Assembly: GCA_038209015.1 (NCBI GenBank)
Contig: JBBQYC010000001.1
Location: forward strand, 18,974-82,973
Direction: 5' to 3'
DNA: 64,000 nucleotides
Origin: Candidatus Saccharimonadales bacterium
GTDB lineage: Bacteria > Patescibacteriota > Saccharimonadia > Saccharimonadales > JBBQYC01
This document shows positions 26,817-36,858 of the stretch, piece after piece. Made by a program: the position numbers and the translations under genes. The notes beneath the pieces were generated by a model. It was not told the DNA's origin and did not search any database. It saw only the letters and a list, made by a program, of their open reading frames with translations. The stretch's first letter is position 1. Each line of letters opens with the position of its first letter.

Positions 26817-28460
26817 ATGGCTAAAAAAGTATTTTATGATGATGACGCGCGCCGTCGTGTGCTAGGTGGGGCAGAACTTTTATATAACGCAGTGAAAACA
26901 ACCATGGGGCCTAAGGGTCGCAACGTAGTAATTGATAAAAGCTACGGCAGCCCAACTGTCACGCATGACGGTGTTACCGTCGCAAAGGGCGTGGACATCG
27001 CTGATGTCGACGATGAAACACTAGGATACAAAGTTGGCGCTGAGCTTATCAAGCAAGCTGCTAATAAGATGAATGATGTTGCCGGTGACGGTACAACCAC
27101 AGTTACGGTGTTAACTTACAATATATTGAACGAAGCCAACAAGCTGATTGCTGCCGGCCACAATCCGATGCAGCTGCGAAAAGGTCTGGAAGCTGCAGCT
27201 CAAGATGTTATGAAGCAACTTGGCAGTATGGCCGAGGACATCAAGGCGAATAAGAAACGCGTGGCTGAAGTCGCGACTATCAGCGCTGGCGACGCTGAAA
27301 TCGGTGAGCTGATTGCTGATGTCATCGATAAGGTTGGTAAAGACGGCGTTGTTACTGTTGAAGAAGGCCAGGGACTTGAGCTGGAGAGCGAAGTCGTTGA
27401 AGGCTTCACCTTTGATAATGGCTTTGTCAGCCCGTACATGGTAACTGATAGCGCACGCATGGAAGCAATAGCTAACAAGCCGGCTATCGTTATCACTGAT
27501 AAGAAAATTAGCTCAATTCAAGAGTTCCTTCCCTTGATGGAAAAACTAGCACAGGCTGGTAAGAAAGACGTCGTTCTAATAGCCGAAGATGTCGAAGGCG
27601 AAGCACTCGGCACGCTTATACTGAACAAGCTTAAGGGCGTATTCAATACCATTGCGGTTAAGGCACCGGCATTTGGTGACCGCCGTAAGGATATCTTGAA
27701 TGACATCGCTATTTTGACCGGCGCACAAGTTATTACCGAAGACCGCGGTATGACGTTTGAAAACGTTGAACTCGATGTAGTTGGTACGGCCCGCAAAGTC
27801 ATAACTACCAAAGACAGCACGACAATTATCGAAGGTGCTGGAATGGTAACTGAGCTAGAGGCGCGGATTGATCAAATCATGAGCCAATCAAAACTTGCTA
27901 CCAGTGAATATGACAAAGAAAACCTTGATAAACGGGCTGCTGCACTGCGAGGTAAGGTTGCTGTTATTAAGGTAGGAGGCGCTACCGAAACTGAAATTGA
28001 AGAGAAGAAGTTCCGTGTTGATGATGCCGTAGCAGCTACCAAAGCGGCGCTGGACGAAGGTATCGTACCAGGCGGTGGAGTGACGCTCATTAACCTCAGC
28101 GATAGCATCAAGAGCGAAGGTGCGAGCAGTGAGTCTGCTGGTAAGCAGTTGCTGAAAACCGCACTGACACGTCCGTTTTACGAACTAATGAAAAACTCTG
28201 GCCTAAACCCTGACGAATGGTTACCTAAGATTCGTGAAGCTGGCGAGGGGCAGGGCGTAGATGTAAATGACCCGACCGGTTTAGTCGACATGAAAAAAGC
28301 CGGTATTGTTGACCCAGCTCGCGTTACTAAAGAAGCCATCCAGAATTCTGTGAGTATTGCTGGAACCAGCATGACCATGGGCGCGCTTGTGGTTGATGTT
28401 CCTGAAAAGGAAAGCAACGCTGGTGGTGGCGGTGGTATGCCTGGCATGGGCATGATGTAA
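26817..28460 (+). CDS. groEL: Chaperonin GroEL
   Basis: GPKGRN, GDGTTT, GGM tail. Confidence 0.98.
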   Translation: MAKKVFYDDDARRRVLGGAELLYNAVKTTMGPKGRNVVIDKSYGSPTVTHDGVTVAKGVDIADVDDETLGYKVGAELIKQAANKMNDVAGDGTTTVTVLTYNILNEANKLIAAGHNPMQLRKGLEAAAQDVMKQLGSMAEDIKANKKRVAEVATISAGDAEIGELIADVIDKVGKDGVVTVEEGQGLELESEVVEGFTFDNGFVSPYMVTDSARMEAIANKPAIVITDKKISSIQEFLPLMEKLAQAGKKDVVLIAEDVEGEALGTLILNKLKGVFNTIAVKAPAFGDRRKDILNDIAILTGAQVITEDRGMTFENVELDVVGTARKVITTKDSTTIIEGAGMVTELEARIDQIMSQSKLATSEYDKENLDKRAAALRGKVAVIKVGGATETEIEEKKFRVDDAVAATKAALDEGIVPGGGVTLINLSDSIKSEGASSESAGKQLLKTALTRPFYELMKNSGLNPDEWLPKIREAGEGQGVDVNDPTGLVDMKKAGIVDPARVTKEAIQNSVSIAGTSMTMGALVVDVPEKESNAGGGGGMPGMGMM

Positions 28461-28477
28461 ACCAAGCCAATGCATCA

Positions 28478-28515
28478 CAAACAGGAGCCGGGCAAAGCCC
28501 GGCTTTTCTGTTTGT
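28478..28515 (+). terminator. groEL terminator
   Basis: AGCCGGGC-AAA-GCCCGGCT-TTTCTGTTTG. Confidence 0.88.
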
Positions 28516-28729
28516 TTCTGGCGCTGATACTAATTTTTTCTTTACGATTCTCATTCACCGTACCGTCTGTACGGCTCATTCCGATTCGCTGAAAGAAATA
28601 AGCATCAGCATCCAGATGCATTACCTTGGCGGGCTTAGTTGGTGCTGCTTCCTCTCTGACCAACTGAGCTGGTCTGCTCACCACCCAATAGGAAATAAAA
28701 AACTCAGAGTGAATCCGAGTTTTTTACAT

Positions 28730-28999
28730 TTACAAAATAATATATGACAACAAGGGTAGTAAAAAAAGTACAAAGAATGTAACGGTTACAATGAATGCCA
28801 CAAGTCGGATAGCGGTATGTACATCTAATGCTCTTAGGACAAACCAGTAAGTCAGCAAAATTATTATAAGAGTTGCACCCAACCCTATTATGTAAATTAG
28901 ATCATTTCCTGTAGTGATATACAAAAAAACCATTGAACCAATAAAAATTGTAGATAATTGGTAAAAACGTTTTGGTATTAGGTACTTCTTATCATTCAT
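28730..28999 (-). CDS. Small three-TM membrane protein
   Basis: Hydrophobic 89 aa ORF overlapping the upstream ORF. Confidence 0.6.
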   Translation of the reverse strand: MNDKKYLIPKRFYQLSTIFIGSMVFLYITTGNDLIYIIGLGATLIIILLTYWFVLRALDVHTAIRLVAFIVTVTFFVLFLLPLLSYIIL

Positions 29000-29195
29000 C
29001 GTTAACTACCACACTGTGGAATATGGCTTGCCAACCGCGGTCGGTTTTTTCGTAGAGAACGCAACCACTGATGCCGGTATCTATACCAGATTCAAGGTCA
29101 TCTGATTCAATGATTATTCCACGTTCAATTTGTTGGCTGACAAAATTATTACCGGACTCAGGGTGCCTGTTCGGGCAAGCTTCAAAATCAGTCAT
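28992..29195 (-). CDS. Hypothetical protein
   Basis: TGCTATACT just before the ATG; 67 aa. Confidence 0.55.
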   Translation of the reverse strand: MTDFEACPNRHPESGNNFVSQQIERGIIIESDDLESGIDTGISGCVLYEKTDRGWQAIFHSVVVNDE

Positions 29196-29290
29196 ATACT
29201 CAGTATAGCAACAAACCTACTTATGGTTACGACAAACTTGATATTTATGCCACTATGTAGTATTCTAGGCATACGAAACGGGAGAATTGT

Positions 29291-29812
29291 ATGGCTAAAT
29301 GGTCACTTAAGAATCGTAACTCAGAGAGTAAACCACCAGATATGCCGCCTGCGGCAGAAAACTATTATCGTGCAGAAAAACGCGATCGTATGGTTGGTGT
29401 ATGGCTGCTTGGCCTAGCGACACTTGCGGTTACCGCAGTGCTTGCATTTTTACTATTCCTAGGTGGTCGTTGGGTGTACCGACAATTCACAGATAATGAA
29501 GCAAATGCACCAGAAACATCTCAAACCGAAGAGTCGAGCGAAGTTACTGGCGTTCCCGAAGCTCCTGCTGATAGTACACAGAATGATTCTGGTGACGAAA
29601 ACCAGAACAGTGGGACAGCCGACGTTGCTGGTACGAATGAAGATTCAGAAAATGATACTGACGCAAATAACGATGAAGGTACGGTGAGCGAAGAAGCTGC
29701 TACAACTGACCTGCCGAATACGGGTCCGGCTGATACTCTAGCACTTTTCCTTGGCGTAACTGTCATTGCGGCACTATTACACCGTACGGTGATTGCCAAA
29801 GAATCTCACTAA
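29291..29812 (+). CDS. Surface protein with N-terminal TM, acidic linker and LPXTG-like C-terminus
   Basis: LPNTG + hydrophobic segment + short basic tail. Confidence 0.7.
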   Translation: MAKWSLKNRNSESKPPDMPPAAENYYRAEKRDRMVGVWLLGLATLAVTAVLAFLLFLGGRWVYRQFTDNEANAPETSQTEESSEVTGVPEAPADSTQNDSGDENQNSGTADVAGTNEDSENDTDANNDEGTVSEEAATTDLPNTGPADTLALFLGVTVIAALLHRTVIAKESH

Positions 29813-29825
29813 AGTAGCCGTATAC

Positions 29826-29852
29826 AAAAAAAGGGGCACTAGCCCCTTTTTT
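29826..29852. terminator. Bidirectional terminator
   Basis: AAAAAAAGGGGC-ACTA-GCCCCTTTTTT. Confidence 0.88.
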
Positions 29853-29866
29853 AATTTCGAAATATA

Positions 29867-30292
29867 TTAGCTCTGATGTTTCTGTGAAAAATAGTTGATT
29901 TCGTTGATTACGTCCAGCAGTGCTTGGGCTTTCGATTTCTCATCTTCGATACCGTTAGCAGCTTCATAAGCGACCGGAATCAAACTGTCATCATCACTTG
30001 CCTGGATCATCATCATGGTTGTTCTGAATTTCTCCTCTGGCGTCTGTTCCAGGTGGCTCACAAGCGGGCTGAGCTGAGCAAGCGCTTGTTGCTTAATAGC
30101 CAATATATCAGTTGATGATGTCTGTGGAGACGTAGTGTCTTGTTGCGGCTGCGATGCGTGATCGCTAATCTGATGGTCCGGTAACTGATACGGATCTGTT
30201 TGTTGTGCTTGCGGGGGAACGCTACTGCCAGGCAAACTTATACTGCTCACATCACCCATTGGCTGAGCCTGTGTGTTATTCCTATCGAACAT
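29867..30292 (-). CDS. Hypothetical protein (disordered N-terminus, helical C-terminus)
   Basis: IKQQAL.QL.PL...KAQALLDVINEINYF. Confidence 0.75.
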   Translation of the reverse strand: MFDRNNTQAQPMGDVSSISLPGSSVPPQAQQTDPYQLPDHQISDHASQPQQDTTSPQTSSTDILAIKQQALAQLSPLVSHLEQTPEEKFRTTMMMIQASDDDSLIPVAYEAANGIEDEKSKAQALLDVINEINYFSQKHQS

Positions 30293-30367
30293 ATCTAACC
30301 ACCCCCTTGAATAGCATTATGAAATTACTCTACAATAAGCATAACAATAAATGACTGGAGAAAAAAG

Positions 30368-31405
30368 ATGTCGGTGCTAGATGATTTGAAGTTAATCCAC
30401 CACCGAGACGCCCAAGACGCTCTAGGAATTGCCATGAACCAGTGGAAACAGCTGGAAACAGATGTTGTATTTGACTGGAAAACAGATAAAAAAATAACCT
30501 CTATCGTATTAGCGGGGATGGGAGGCTCTGCGCTGGCTGGACTCTTGAGTACTACCTGGCCGGATTACCACGTTCCGTTTGAGTTGTGCAGGGAGTACGA
30601 TATACCGTCGCACGTCAATGACCATACATTGTTCATTGCTTCCAGCTATTCTGGAAATACTGAAGAAGTGCTTTCGGCGCTCGCGCAAGCTGAAGAGCGC
30701 GGCGCGATTATTGTATGCATGTCATCGGGTGGGAAGCTCCAAGAAATTGCTCAGCAGAAAAACCATCCATTTATATTGCTGCCGACGGCCAGCCAGCCAC
30801 GCTTCGCAGTCTTAGGCGGTCTAAAGGCGTATGTAGCGGTCTTGGAGCGAGCAGGATGCGTTAAAACGAGCGATGCAGAGCAAGCTATGCATGCATCAGC
30901 TGCATTTCTGCGGGAAGCGGTCAGCGCCTGGGCTCCGGAGGTTCCAACCAAGGATAATCCTGCCAAACAGCTAGCCTTGGAGCTCATGGGCAAATCAGTT
31001 GTTATATATGCCGGTCCAAAACTGTATCCAGCCGCATATAAGTGGAAGATTAGCTTTAATGAAAACGCTAAGAACGTGGCGTGGTGCAATACTATCCCCG
31101 AATTCAATCACAATGAATTTTTGGGATGGACAAGCCACCCAGTCAAAAAGCCGTATGCTGTTATTGATTTACGTTCCAGCCGCGAACATCCGCGGGTACA
31201 AAAACGATTCGAGGTTACCGAACGTCTGCTTTCCGGGCAGCGTCCCGCACCTGAGGTAGTAGACGTACAGGGGGCAGATGACTTACAACAGCTATTGTGG
31301 GCTGTCGCGTTTGGTGATTTCGTGAGCTTGTACCTGGCTATTTTGAATGGGCTTAATCCCACTCCGGTTGATGCGATTGAGAAGTTCAAAAAGCTACTCA
31401 ATTAG
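30368..31405 (+). CDS. Bifunctional phosphoglucose/phosphomannose isomerase
   Basis: GMGGSAL, SSYSGNTEE, QPR, NENAK, PEFNHNE. Confidence 0.95.
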   Translation: MSVLDDLKLIHHRDAQDALGIAMNQWKQLETDVVFDWKTDKKITSIVLAGMGGSALAGLLSTTWPDYHVPFELCREYDIPSHVNDHTLFIASSYSGNTEEVLSALAQAEERGAIIVCMSSGGKLQEIAQQKNHPFILLPTASQPRFAVLGGLKAYVAVLERAGCVKTSDAEQAMHASAAFLREAVSAWAPEVPTKDNPAKQLALELMGKSVVIYAGPKLYPAAYKWKISFNENAKNVAWCNTIPEFNHNEFLGWTSHPVKKPYAVIDLRSSREHPRVQKRFEVTERLLSGQRPAPEVVDVQGADDLQQLLWAVAFGDFVSLYLAILNGLNPTPVDAIEKFKKLLN

Positions 31406-31447
31406 ATCATGCTTGTAGTCGAACGCCAATAAGCGCATTATGAAAAC

Positions 31448-32173
31448 ATGAAAATCGTCTCAACAGATGATATCAAAAACCTAGGCACGATTTTATGTCT
31501 TGGTGCGCATCCGGATGATGAAACATATACGGCCGGTGGCATATTGGCTGCAGCAGCAGCGAATGGTCAGCAAGTAGTGTGTATAACAGCAACGAGGGGA
31601 GAGCAAGGCGTACAGGATGAACGACGTTGGCCGCGTGCCAGCCTGGCGGCTACACGGGAAGCTGAACTTGCATCAGCTCTGGCCGTTCTCGGTGTTAAGA
31701 ACCATCACTGGCTTTCCTACAAAGATGGATGTTGCGGCGATGTTTCATCAGCTGATGCCGTAGATGCACTGCGACCGCTCTTATTACGCTATCAACCAGA
31801 CACTATCCTGACATTCGGGCCTGATGGAATGACGGGGCATGAAGACCATTCGGCGGTATCGAACTGGGCAGCGGCAGCCAAGCAGGAGCTAGGATTAAAA
31901 GCGAATATGTATCATGCGGTTATAGCTCAGGATATATATGACGATTACTTACAGGAACTCGATAAGCACTTGAATATGTTTTTTAATATCGATAAGCCCC
32001 CACTTCGGCAGGCATCGGTATGTGATATTTCGTTCCAGTTGACTGATGACATATGTGTGCAAAAATGCAATGCGCTTCGAGCTATGCCATCTCAAACCAG
32101 CGGACTGTTTAAGCGTTTTACTACTGAATGGATCTGCAGGGCATGGGCCAAAGAAACTTTCGTAAAGACGTAG
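31448..32173 (+). CDS. PIG-L family deacetylase
   Basis: AHPDDE, TRGE, GHEDH. Confidence 0.92.
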   Translation: MKIVSTDDIKNLGTILCLGAHPDDETYTAGGILAAAAANGQQVVCITATRGEQGVQDERRWPRASLAATREAELASALAVLGVKNHHWLSYKDGCCGDVSSADAVDALRPLLLRYQPDTILTFGPDGMTGHEDHSAVSNWAAAAKQELGLKANMYHAVIAQDIYDDYLQELDKHLNMFFNIDKPPLRQASVCDISFQLTDDICVQKCNALRAMPSQTSGLFKRFTTEWICRAWAKETFVKT

Positions 32174-32213
32174 TAGCATTGACTTATAACTAGTAAAATG
32201 TTAATATATACAA

Positions 32214-32696
32214 ATGAAGGAATCATTTCCATCAAACAAAAATTACGAATTACAACAAGCATATCTTAGGCAAAAACAAGCAGACATCAGTCAAAAGCTG
32301 TTTGAGGCTGGAGTAAGCCCACGTATCTTAGAGGTTCAAGAAGGCCATGGTGCTAAGATTGCTTCGCGTGGGCTGGATATGTTGAATGTACAATGTTTCC
32401 CAGTTAGAAAAAAACGCACGACTTCGTTAGGCGATGAACTCACCGTAATAAATTTATGCGTGAAACAAGAAGATACCGAACGATCCGCAGCTTCATACAA
32501 ATACATTCCTGTCGGTACGCTTGATCGTTCGGGAGTGATTATATATCCCTCCAAGGGAATAATCCCGGAAGATGCCGAAGCAGTCCTTATGGCAGGGCTC
32601 GATCTTGCGGCTGCCAGGGATTCAGGCGAACTACCGGATCTAGACTGGTCACTTCAATCTGTACGAAACCCAAACACTGCTATCAAGAAAGCCTAA
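32214..32696 (+). CDS. Hypothetical protein
   Basis: ORF after TTGACT...TGTTAATAT promoter. Confidence 0.65.
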   Translation: MKESFPSNKNYELQQAYLRQKQADISQKLFEAGVSPRILEVQEGHGAKIASRGLDMLNVQCFPVRKKRTTSLGDELTVINLCVKQEDTERSAASYKYIPVGTLDRSGVIIYPSKGIIPEDAEAVLMAGLDLAAARDSGELPDLDWSLQSVRNPNTAIKKA

Positions 32697-33214
32697 ATAG
32701 GCTGTTTTTTATACCCGATCTTGTAGCCGATGTATGAGATTGCCAGGTGTAATCCGAAGTACACTACAAAAATAGTTACAATCACCCACAGTGGAACAGA
32801 TACGACCAGGCTAACTGCTAGCAATCCTCCAATGATGTAATCTATTTGATCAAAAGGGAACCAGCTTGAGCCGGGGTTTATATTGAGCTGGCGCTTGACC
32901 ATGCTTTCCAGAGCGTCGCCGGCTAATGCGCCGAAACCAAGCAATCCACCAATGATATACAGCGGGGCGGGGCCAACCGCATTTGGCACAATCATCCCGA
33001 TTACTACCGCCGATAGCGCGCCTACAACCGTACCCATAATGAGGCCACGCCAGGTTTTATTGGCTCCAAACAGCGGTCTACCACGTAGTTTCAAGCCGAA
33101 GTCTATTGGCGTGTTCCACTGGTCTAGTAATGGTAAACGGCTGGCGAAAACTGGCGCCATATTGGCAAGGCCCGCTGGTAGAAAAAACAGTATTGCAGCT
33201 ATGTAATCGTTCAT
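32693..33214 (-). CDS. CDP-archaeol synthase (CarS)-like cytidylyltransferase
   Basis: PAGLANMAPV, PIDFG, FG.NKTWRG, GD..ES..KR, DQID. Confidence 0.88.
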   Translation of the reverse strand: MNDYIAAILFFLPAGLANMAPVFASRLPLLDQWNTPIDFGLKLRGRPLFGANKTWRGLIMGTVVGALSAVVIGMIVPNAVGPAPLYIIGGLLGFGALAGDALESMVKRQLNINPGSSWFPFDQIDYIIGGLLAVSLVVSVPLWVIVTIFVVYFGLHLAISYIGYKIGYKKQPI

Positions 33215-33858
33215 TTTTTGAGCTTCTTTTTGAGCTTATTAAATTTTGGATAGAGCAGTGCTCGTGCGCTTGGGCGCATAGTAAATGGTATCCCAGCTGC
33301 TAACTGACTGACAAGATTTGTTTGGTCGATCGGTTTTAATACAGTGGTATAGGTACGACCTAGTCCCATAAACCCGTGCGCATCACTACTCGCGACCCCA
33401 GGTATTCTATTAAGCTTGGCATACACGGCCGCTTGCTGACTGCGGTTTTGTAAGAATGCACGGCCATTCACGACTTCAAAAATATCAATATCACTGATAC
33501 AAGCATCTAAATCTTTGGGGTGCAGCCCCTGGCGGACCGTTTCAAATGGGTGTGGAATATATACCAAACCACCCTGGCGTTTGATTGCATGAATGGTGGC
33601 TTTCAGCGACTGGTTGGGTGCTATAACCTCTGATAAAAATAGCCCGATTATCTCACCGGACTCAGTTAGGATTTCCTCGCCTACTATAACCTGGTGACCG
33701 AGGGCGTCCCGTAGATGCAGCGCAAAATCTATGCTGTTATGATCTGTTACTGCTACAAAATCAAGCAACTGCGAACTGAGCGCTTTACGATATTGGTCTA
33801 TAGTGATGCCGCCGTCAGGGCTGGCAGACGAATGCGTGTGCAAGTCAATCTTATACAC
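33211..33858 (-). CDS. PHP-domain phosphoesterase
   Basis: DLHTHS..S.DG, TDHN, GEE, PHPF, SDAH; start uncertain (33858-33873). Confidence 0.9.
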   Translation of the reverse strand: MYKIDLHTHSSASPDGGITIDQYRKALSSQLLDFVAVTDHNSIDFALHLRDALGHQVIVGEEILTESGEIIGLFLSEVIAPNQSLKATIHAIKRQGGLVYIPHPFETVRQGLHPKDLDACISDIDIFEVVNGRAFLQNRSQQAAVYAKLNRIPGVASSDAHGFMGLGRTYTTVLKPIDQTNLVSQLAAGIPFTMRPSARALLYPKFNKLKKKLKK

Positions 33859-34471
33859 TCGATAACCGCCCAAGGATATTAGCTAGACGGGTTAGTATTG
33901 TGATTATGCCTAAGACCAGGATGATTGCTAATACATACGGTATCTGGCTGAATAAAAAGCCAACAACCAGCAAAAACATTCGTACTTCAAAGCCGAGAAC
34001 ACCGCCACGGAATGTTTTGTTTACCGGATGGGCAGTATCAGACTGAGTCGAGAGGACAGCTTCACCCCACGCATTTAGATAGCTAATGAGGATGGAAACA
34101 CCTACGCAAGCCAGTGCTAAAACCGCTAAGTAAGGACTATCTGTAAAATATATCGTCCACCAGCCAATGCCAACGTACAGCACAACTTCTTTTATGCGGT
34201 CGGTAAAAGAATCAAGAAACATACCGCTGGCACTTGTCGATTTCTGCAATCGTGCCAGTTCGCCGTCCAGCGTATCGAATAATCCAAAAATGATCAGTAA
34301 AATCCCTGAAACGAACAAGTAATCGCTGGCCACTAAATAGGCAATAGGGATATGAGCTGCCAGCCCCGCGAGGGTGATACTGGTCGGTGTTAGTGTACCG
34401 CGCGATAGCGAATTCAGAGCCTTTGCGAGTGTGTGCATAAGACTACGGACCACTGTTTTAATAGTCTGCAT
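33851..34471 (-). CDS. CDP-alcohol phosphatidyltransferase
   Basis: DTLDGELAR-x7-GMFLDSFTD signature; TATAAT 6 nt before ATG 34471. Confidence 0.92.
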   Translation of the reverse strand: MQTIKTVVRSLMHTLAKALNSLSRGTLTPTSITLAGLAAHIPIAYLVASDYLFVSGILLIIFGLFDTLDGELARLQKSTSASGMFLDSFTDRIKEVVLYVGIGWWTIYFTDSPYLAVLALACVGVSILISYLNAWGEAVLSTQSDTAHPVNKTFRGGVLGFEVRMFLLVVGFLFSQIPYVLAIILVLGIITILTRLANILGRLSSV

Positions 34472-34591
34472 AGCCACATTATACGGTGTTATTGCTTTAT
34501 ATCGGAATGATGGGAAAACAGTTAGCAGCCCAAAGTGTTTAGTTTTATCGCACATAGTTCATCTATCTGTGCATCTGGTATAGTTTTAGGG

Positions 34592-36226
34592 ATGAGACAG
34601 CAGTTGCGACAAAATATTATTGGTGTATGCCAACGTCTATTTAATCAAGAAGTTGATGTGGTCCTTACTAGGCCTGATTCACAGTTTGGTGACTTTGCCT
34701 GTAATGTCGCCCTTCAGCTGGCGAAACCCCTGGGTAAAAATCCGAGGGAAGTTGCTCAGATGATTGCTGATGAGCTCGCTCAAGATGAGCTATTGCAATC
34801 GGTTTCAGTAGCCGGCCCAGGATTTATAAATATGTTCTTGACTGATGAAGCGCTACTGAAACTAGCAGGTAGCCATTACGAAGGAGGCGCTGGCCAGACA
34901 GTCGTAATTGAAACCAATAATCCAAATCCATTTAAGGCGATGCATATAGGACACGCCTACAATGCGATTACTGCAGATACAATGGCTAATCTTCTGCAGT
35001 ACGAGGGAAACGACGTGCACCGAGTAAGCTATCACGGCGATGTTGGTGCCCATGTTGGCAAGAGTATGTATTCTATTCTTGAATGGCTCGATGGCGACAC
35101 ATCAAAGCTGGAGACAATTGCTATCGACGAGCGCAATAGCTTCATGTCAGAGCATTATGCTCGCGGAGCTGCAGCATACGATAAAGATGAAACTACAAAA
35201 CAGAAAATCAATGAACTTGCTAAGCAATCCTTTAAGCTCGATGACCAAACATATAAGACAGTCTATGAAATTTGTATTGCCTGGAGTTTTGAAGAAATCG
35301 ACAGGATCATTGATCGGCTTGGGAATAATCGGGTTGAAAAACGGTATTTAGAAAGTCAGGCAAACGCACTTGGTGTAGCCACGGTCCAAGACCATGTCGG
35401 GACGGTTTTTCGTGAAAGTGACGGCGCCGTAGTGTTTGATGGTGAACAATACGGTAGTTTCACGAATGTATTTGTGGCTAGTAACGGTGAAGGCTTATAT
35501 GCCGCCCGCGACCTCGGTCTCATGCAGCTCAAGCATCAGGACTTCCAAGCTGACAAAAGCTATATTGTAACCGGCGGGGAACAGAGAGATTACTTCAAAG
35601 GTGTCATTGCCGCTGCCGAACAATGCCTACCGGATCTAAAAGGTGTCACTGTGAACGTTTCAACCGGACTCGTCAAACTGTCGACTGGTAAAATGAGTTC
35701 GCGTACCGGCGACGTGCTTGACATACATTGGTTATTTGAACAGATGGAGGAGGCGGTAGAAGCTCGGGGTAGCGCAGCCGATCACATACTGCTCGGCGCT
35801 ATACGGTACGAATTCCTAAAAGTAAAAATAGGCAGTGATGTTGTGTTCGATGTTGGCGAAGCGGTTAGTATCAAGGGAAATACCGGCCCATATTTACAAT
35901 ACGCTCACGCCCGTGCACGAAGTATTCTGCGCAAGAGTGAAATTCAGTCTGAAAATATCATGAATCTTGAGGAAGATGAGCGTTCGCTGGTTCGAAAATT
36001 AGGGGAGTATGAACAGACGGTTGAACTGGCCGTTTCCGAATTGCTCCCCCACTATGTCTGCACGTATTTATACGAGCTTGCACAAGTATTCAACCGGTTC
36101 TATGAGTCCAACACGGTCATCGGCCATGAACGTGAAGCCCAGCGGTTGCAGCTGGTGGATATGTACTCACAGACACTTAGAAATGGCCTGGATATCCTCA
36201 ATATCACCGCTCCGGAGCAGATGTAA
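34592..36226 (+). CDS. argS: Arginine--tRNA ligase
   Basis: FGDFACN, GPGFIN, PN..K.MHIGH, KMSSR, GPYLQYAHAR. Confidence 0.97.
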   Translation: MRQQLRQNIIGVCQRLFNQEVDVVLTRPDSQFGDFACNVALQLAKPLGKNPREVAQMIADELAQDELLQSVSVAGPGFINMFLTDEALLKLAGSHYEGGAGQTVVIETNNPNPFKAMHIGHAYNAITADTMANLLQYEGNDVHRVSYHGDVGAHVGKSMYSILEWLDGDTSKLETIAIDERNSFMSEHYARGAAAYDKDETTKQKINELAKQSFKLDDQTYKTVYEICIAWSFEEIDRIIDRLGNNRVEKRYLESQANALGVATVQDHVGTVFRESDGAVVFDGEQYGSFTNVFVASNGEGLYAARDLGLMQLKHQDFQADKSYIVTGGEQRDYFKGVIAAAEQCLPDLKGVTVNVSTGLVKLSTGKMSSRTGDVLDIHWLFEQMEEAVEARGSAADHILLGAIRYEFLKVKIGSDVVFDVGEAVSIKGNTGPYLQYAHARARSILRKSEIQSENIMNLEEDERSLVRKLGEYEQTVELAVSELLPHYVCTYLYELAQVFNRFYESNTVIGHEREAQRLQLVDMYSQTLRNGLDILNITAPEQM

Positions 36227-36858
36227 TGTGCGCAAAAATTGTATTCGATTTCGACGGCACGCTCGCCGATAGTTTATCTGTGGCGCTTAGGGTATACAAC
36301 CAGTTGGCCGTACCGAAAAATCTACGGACAATCGACCTAGTTGAATGGCAAAAAGTACGAACCATGAGCGTACCGCAAGGGTTAAAGTATGTTGGAGTCC
36401 GCTCGTACCAATTACCCGGCTTATTATCAAAAGGTCGCCGCGAACTACAAGCACATGCTGGAGATATACGTTTGTTTGCAGGTATTAAGCCGCTTGCTAA
36501 GCAACTCGTAAAAGATGGTCACCAGTTGTACGTATTAAGTACCAACTCACGGATTGTCGTCCAGACAGTTCTGGAAAAAGAAGCGCTCGATACCATGTTT
36601 GATATCTTAAATAGCGCACCAGTGTTTGGAAAAGCTGCCGCGCTTAAAAAACTCATAAAACTGACGCATTCAGACCCAAACGACATATGGATGATTGGTG
36701 ATGAGCTTCGAGATGGCCAGGGGGCTCGTAAGGCCGGGGTAAAATTCATAGGCGTTAACTGGGGGTATCAACCAGCGCAAGTCCTGCACGCAGCATTGCC
36801 GGTTGCAATCGTTCAGAAGCCGGCTGAAATCAAGCAAATTATAGATTCATATGAGTGA
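36226..36858 (+). CDS. HAD phosphatase (Gph-like)
   Basis: FDFDGTLADS, IGDE.RD, WGY. Confidence 0.9.
   Translation: MCAKIVFDFDGTLADSLSVALRVYNQLAVPKNLRTIDLVEWQKVRTMSVPQGLKYVGVRSYQLPGLLSKGRRELQAHAGDIRLFAGIKPLAKQLVKDGHQLYVLSTNSRIVVQTVLEKEALDTMFDILNSAPVFGKAAALKKLIKLTHSDPNDIWMIGDELRDGQGARKAGVKFIGVNWGYQPAQVLHAALPVAIVQKPAEIKQIIDSYE

Noticed and set aside
28630-28670. SRP RNA (ffs) call
   Set aside because: Only GGAAGCAGC matches. The CAGG internal loop and stem are imperfect, so it is kept only as an unspecified ncRNA candidate.
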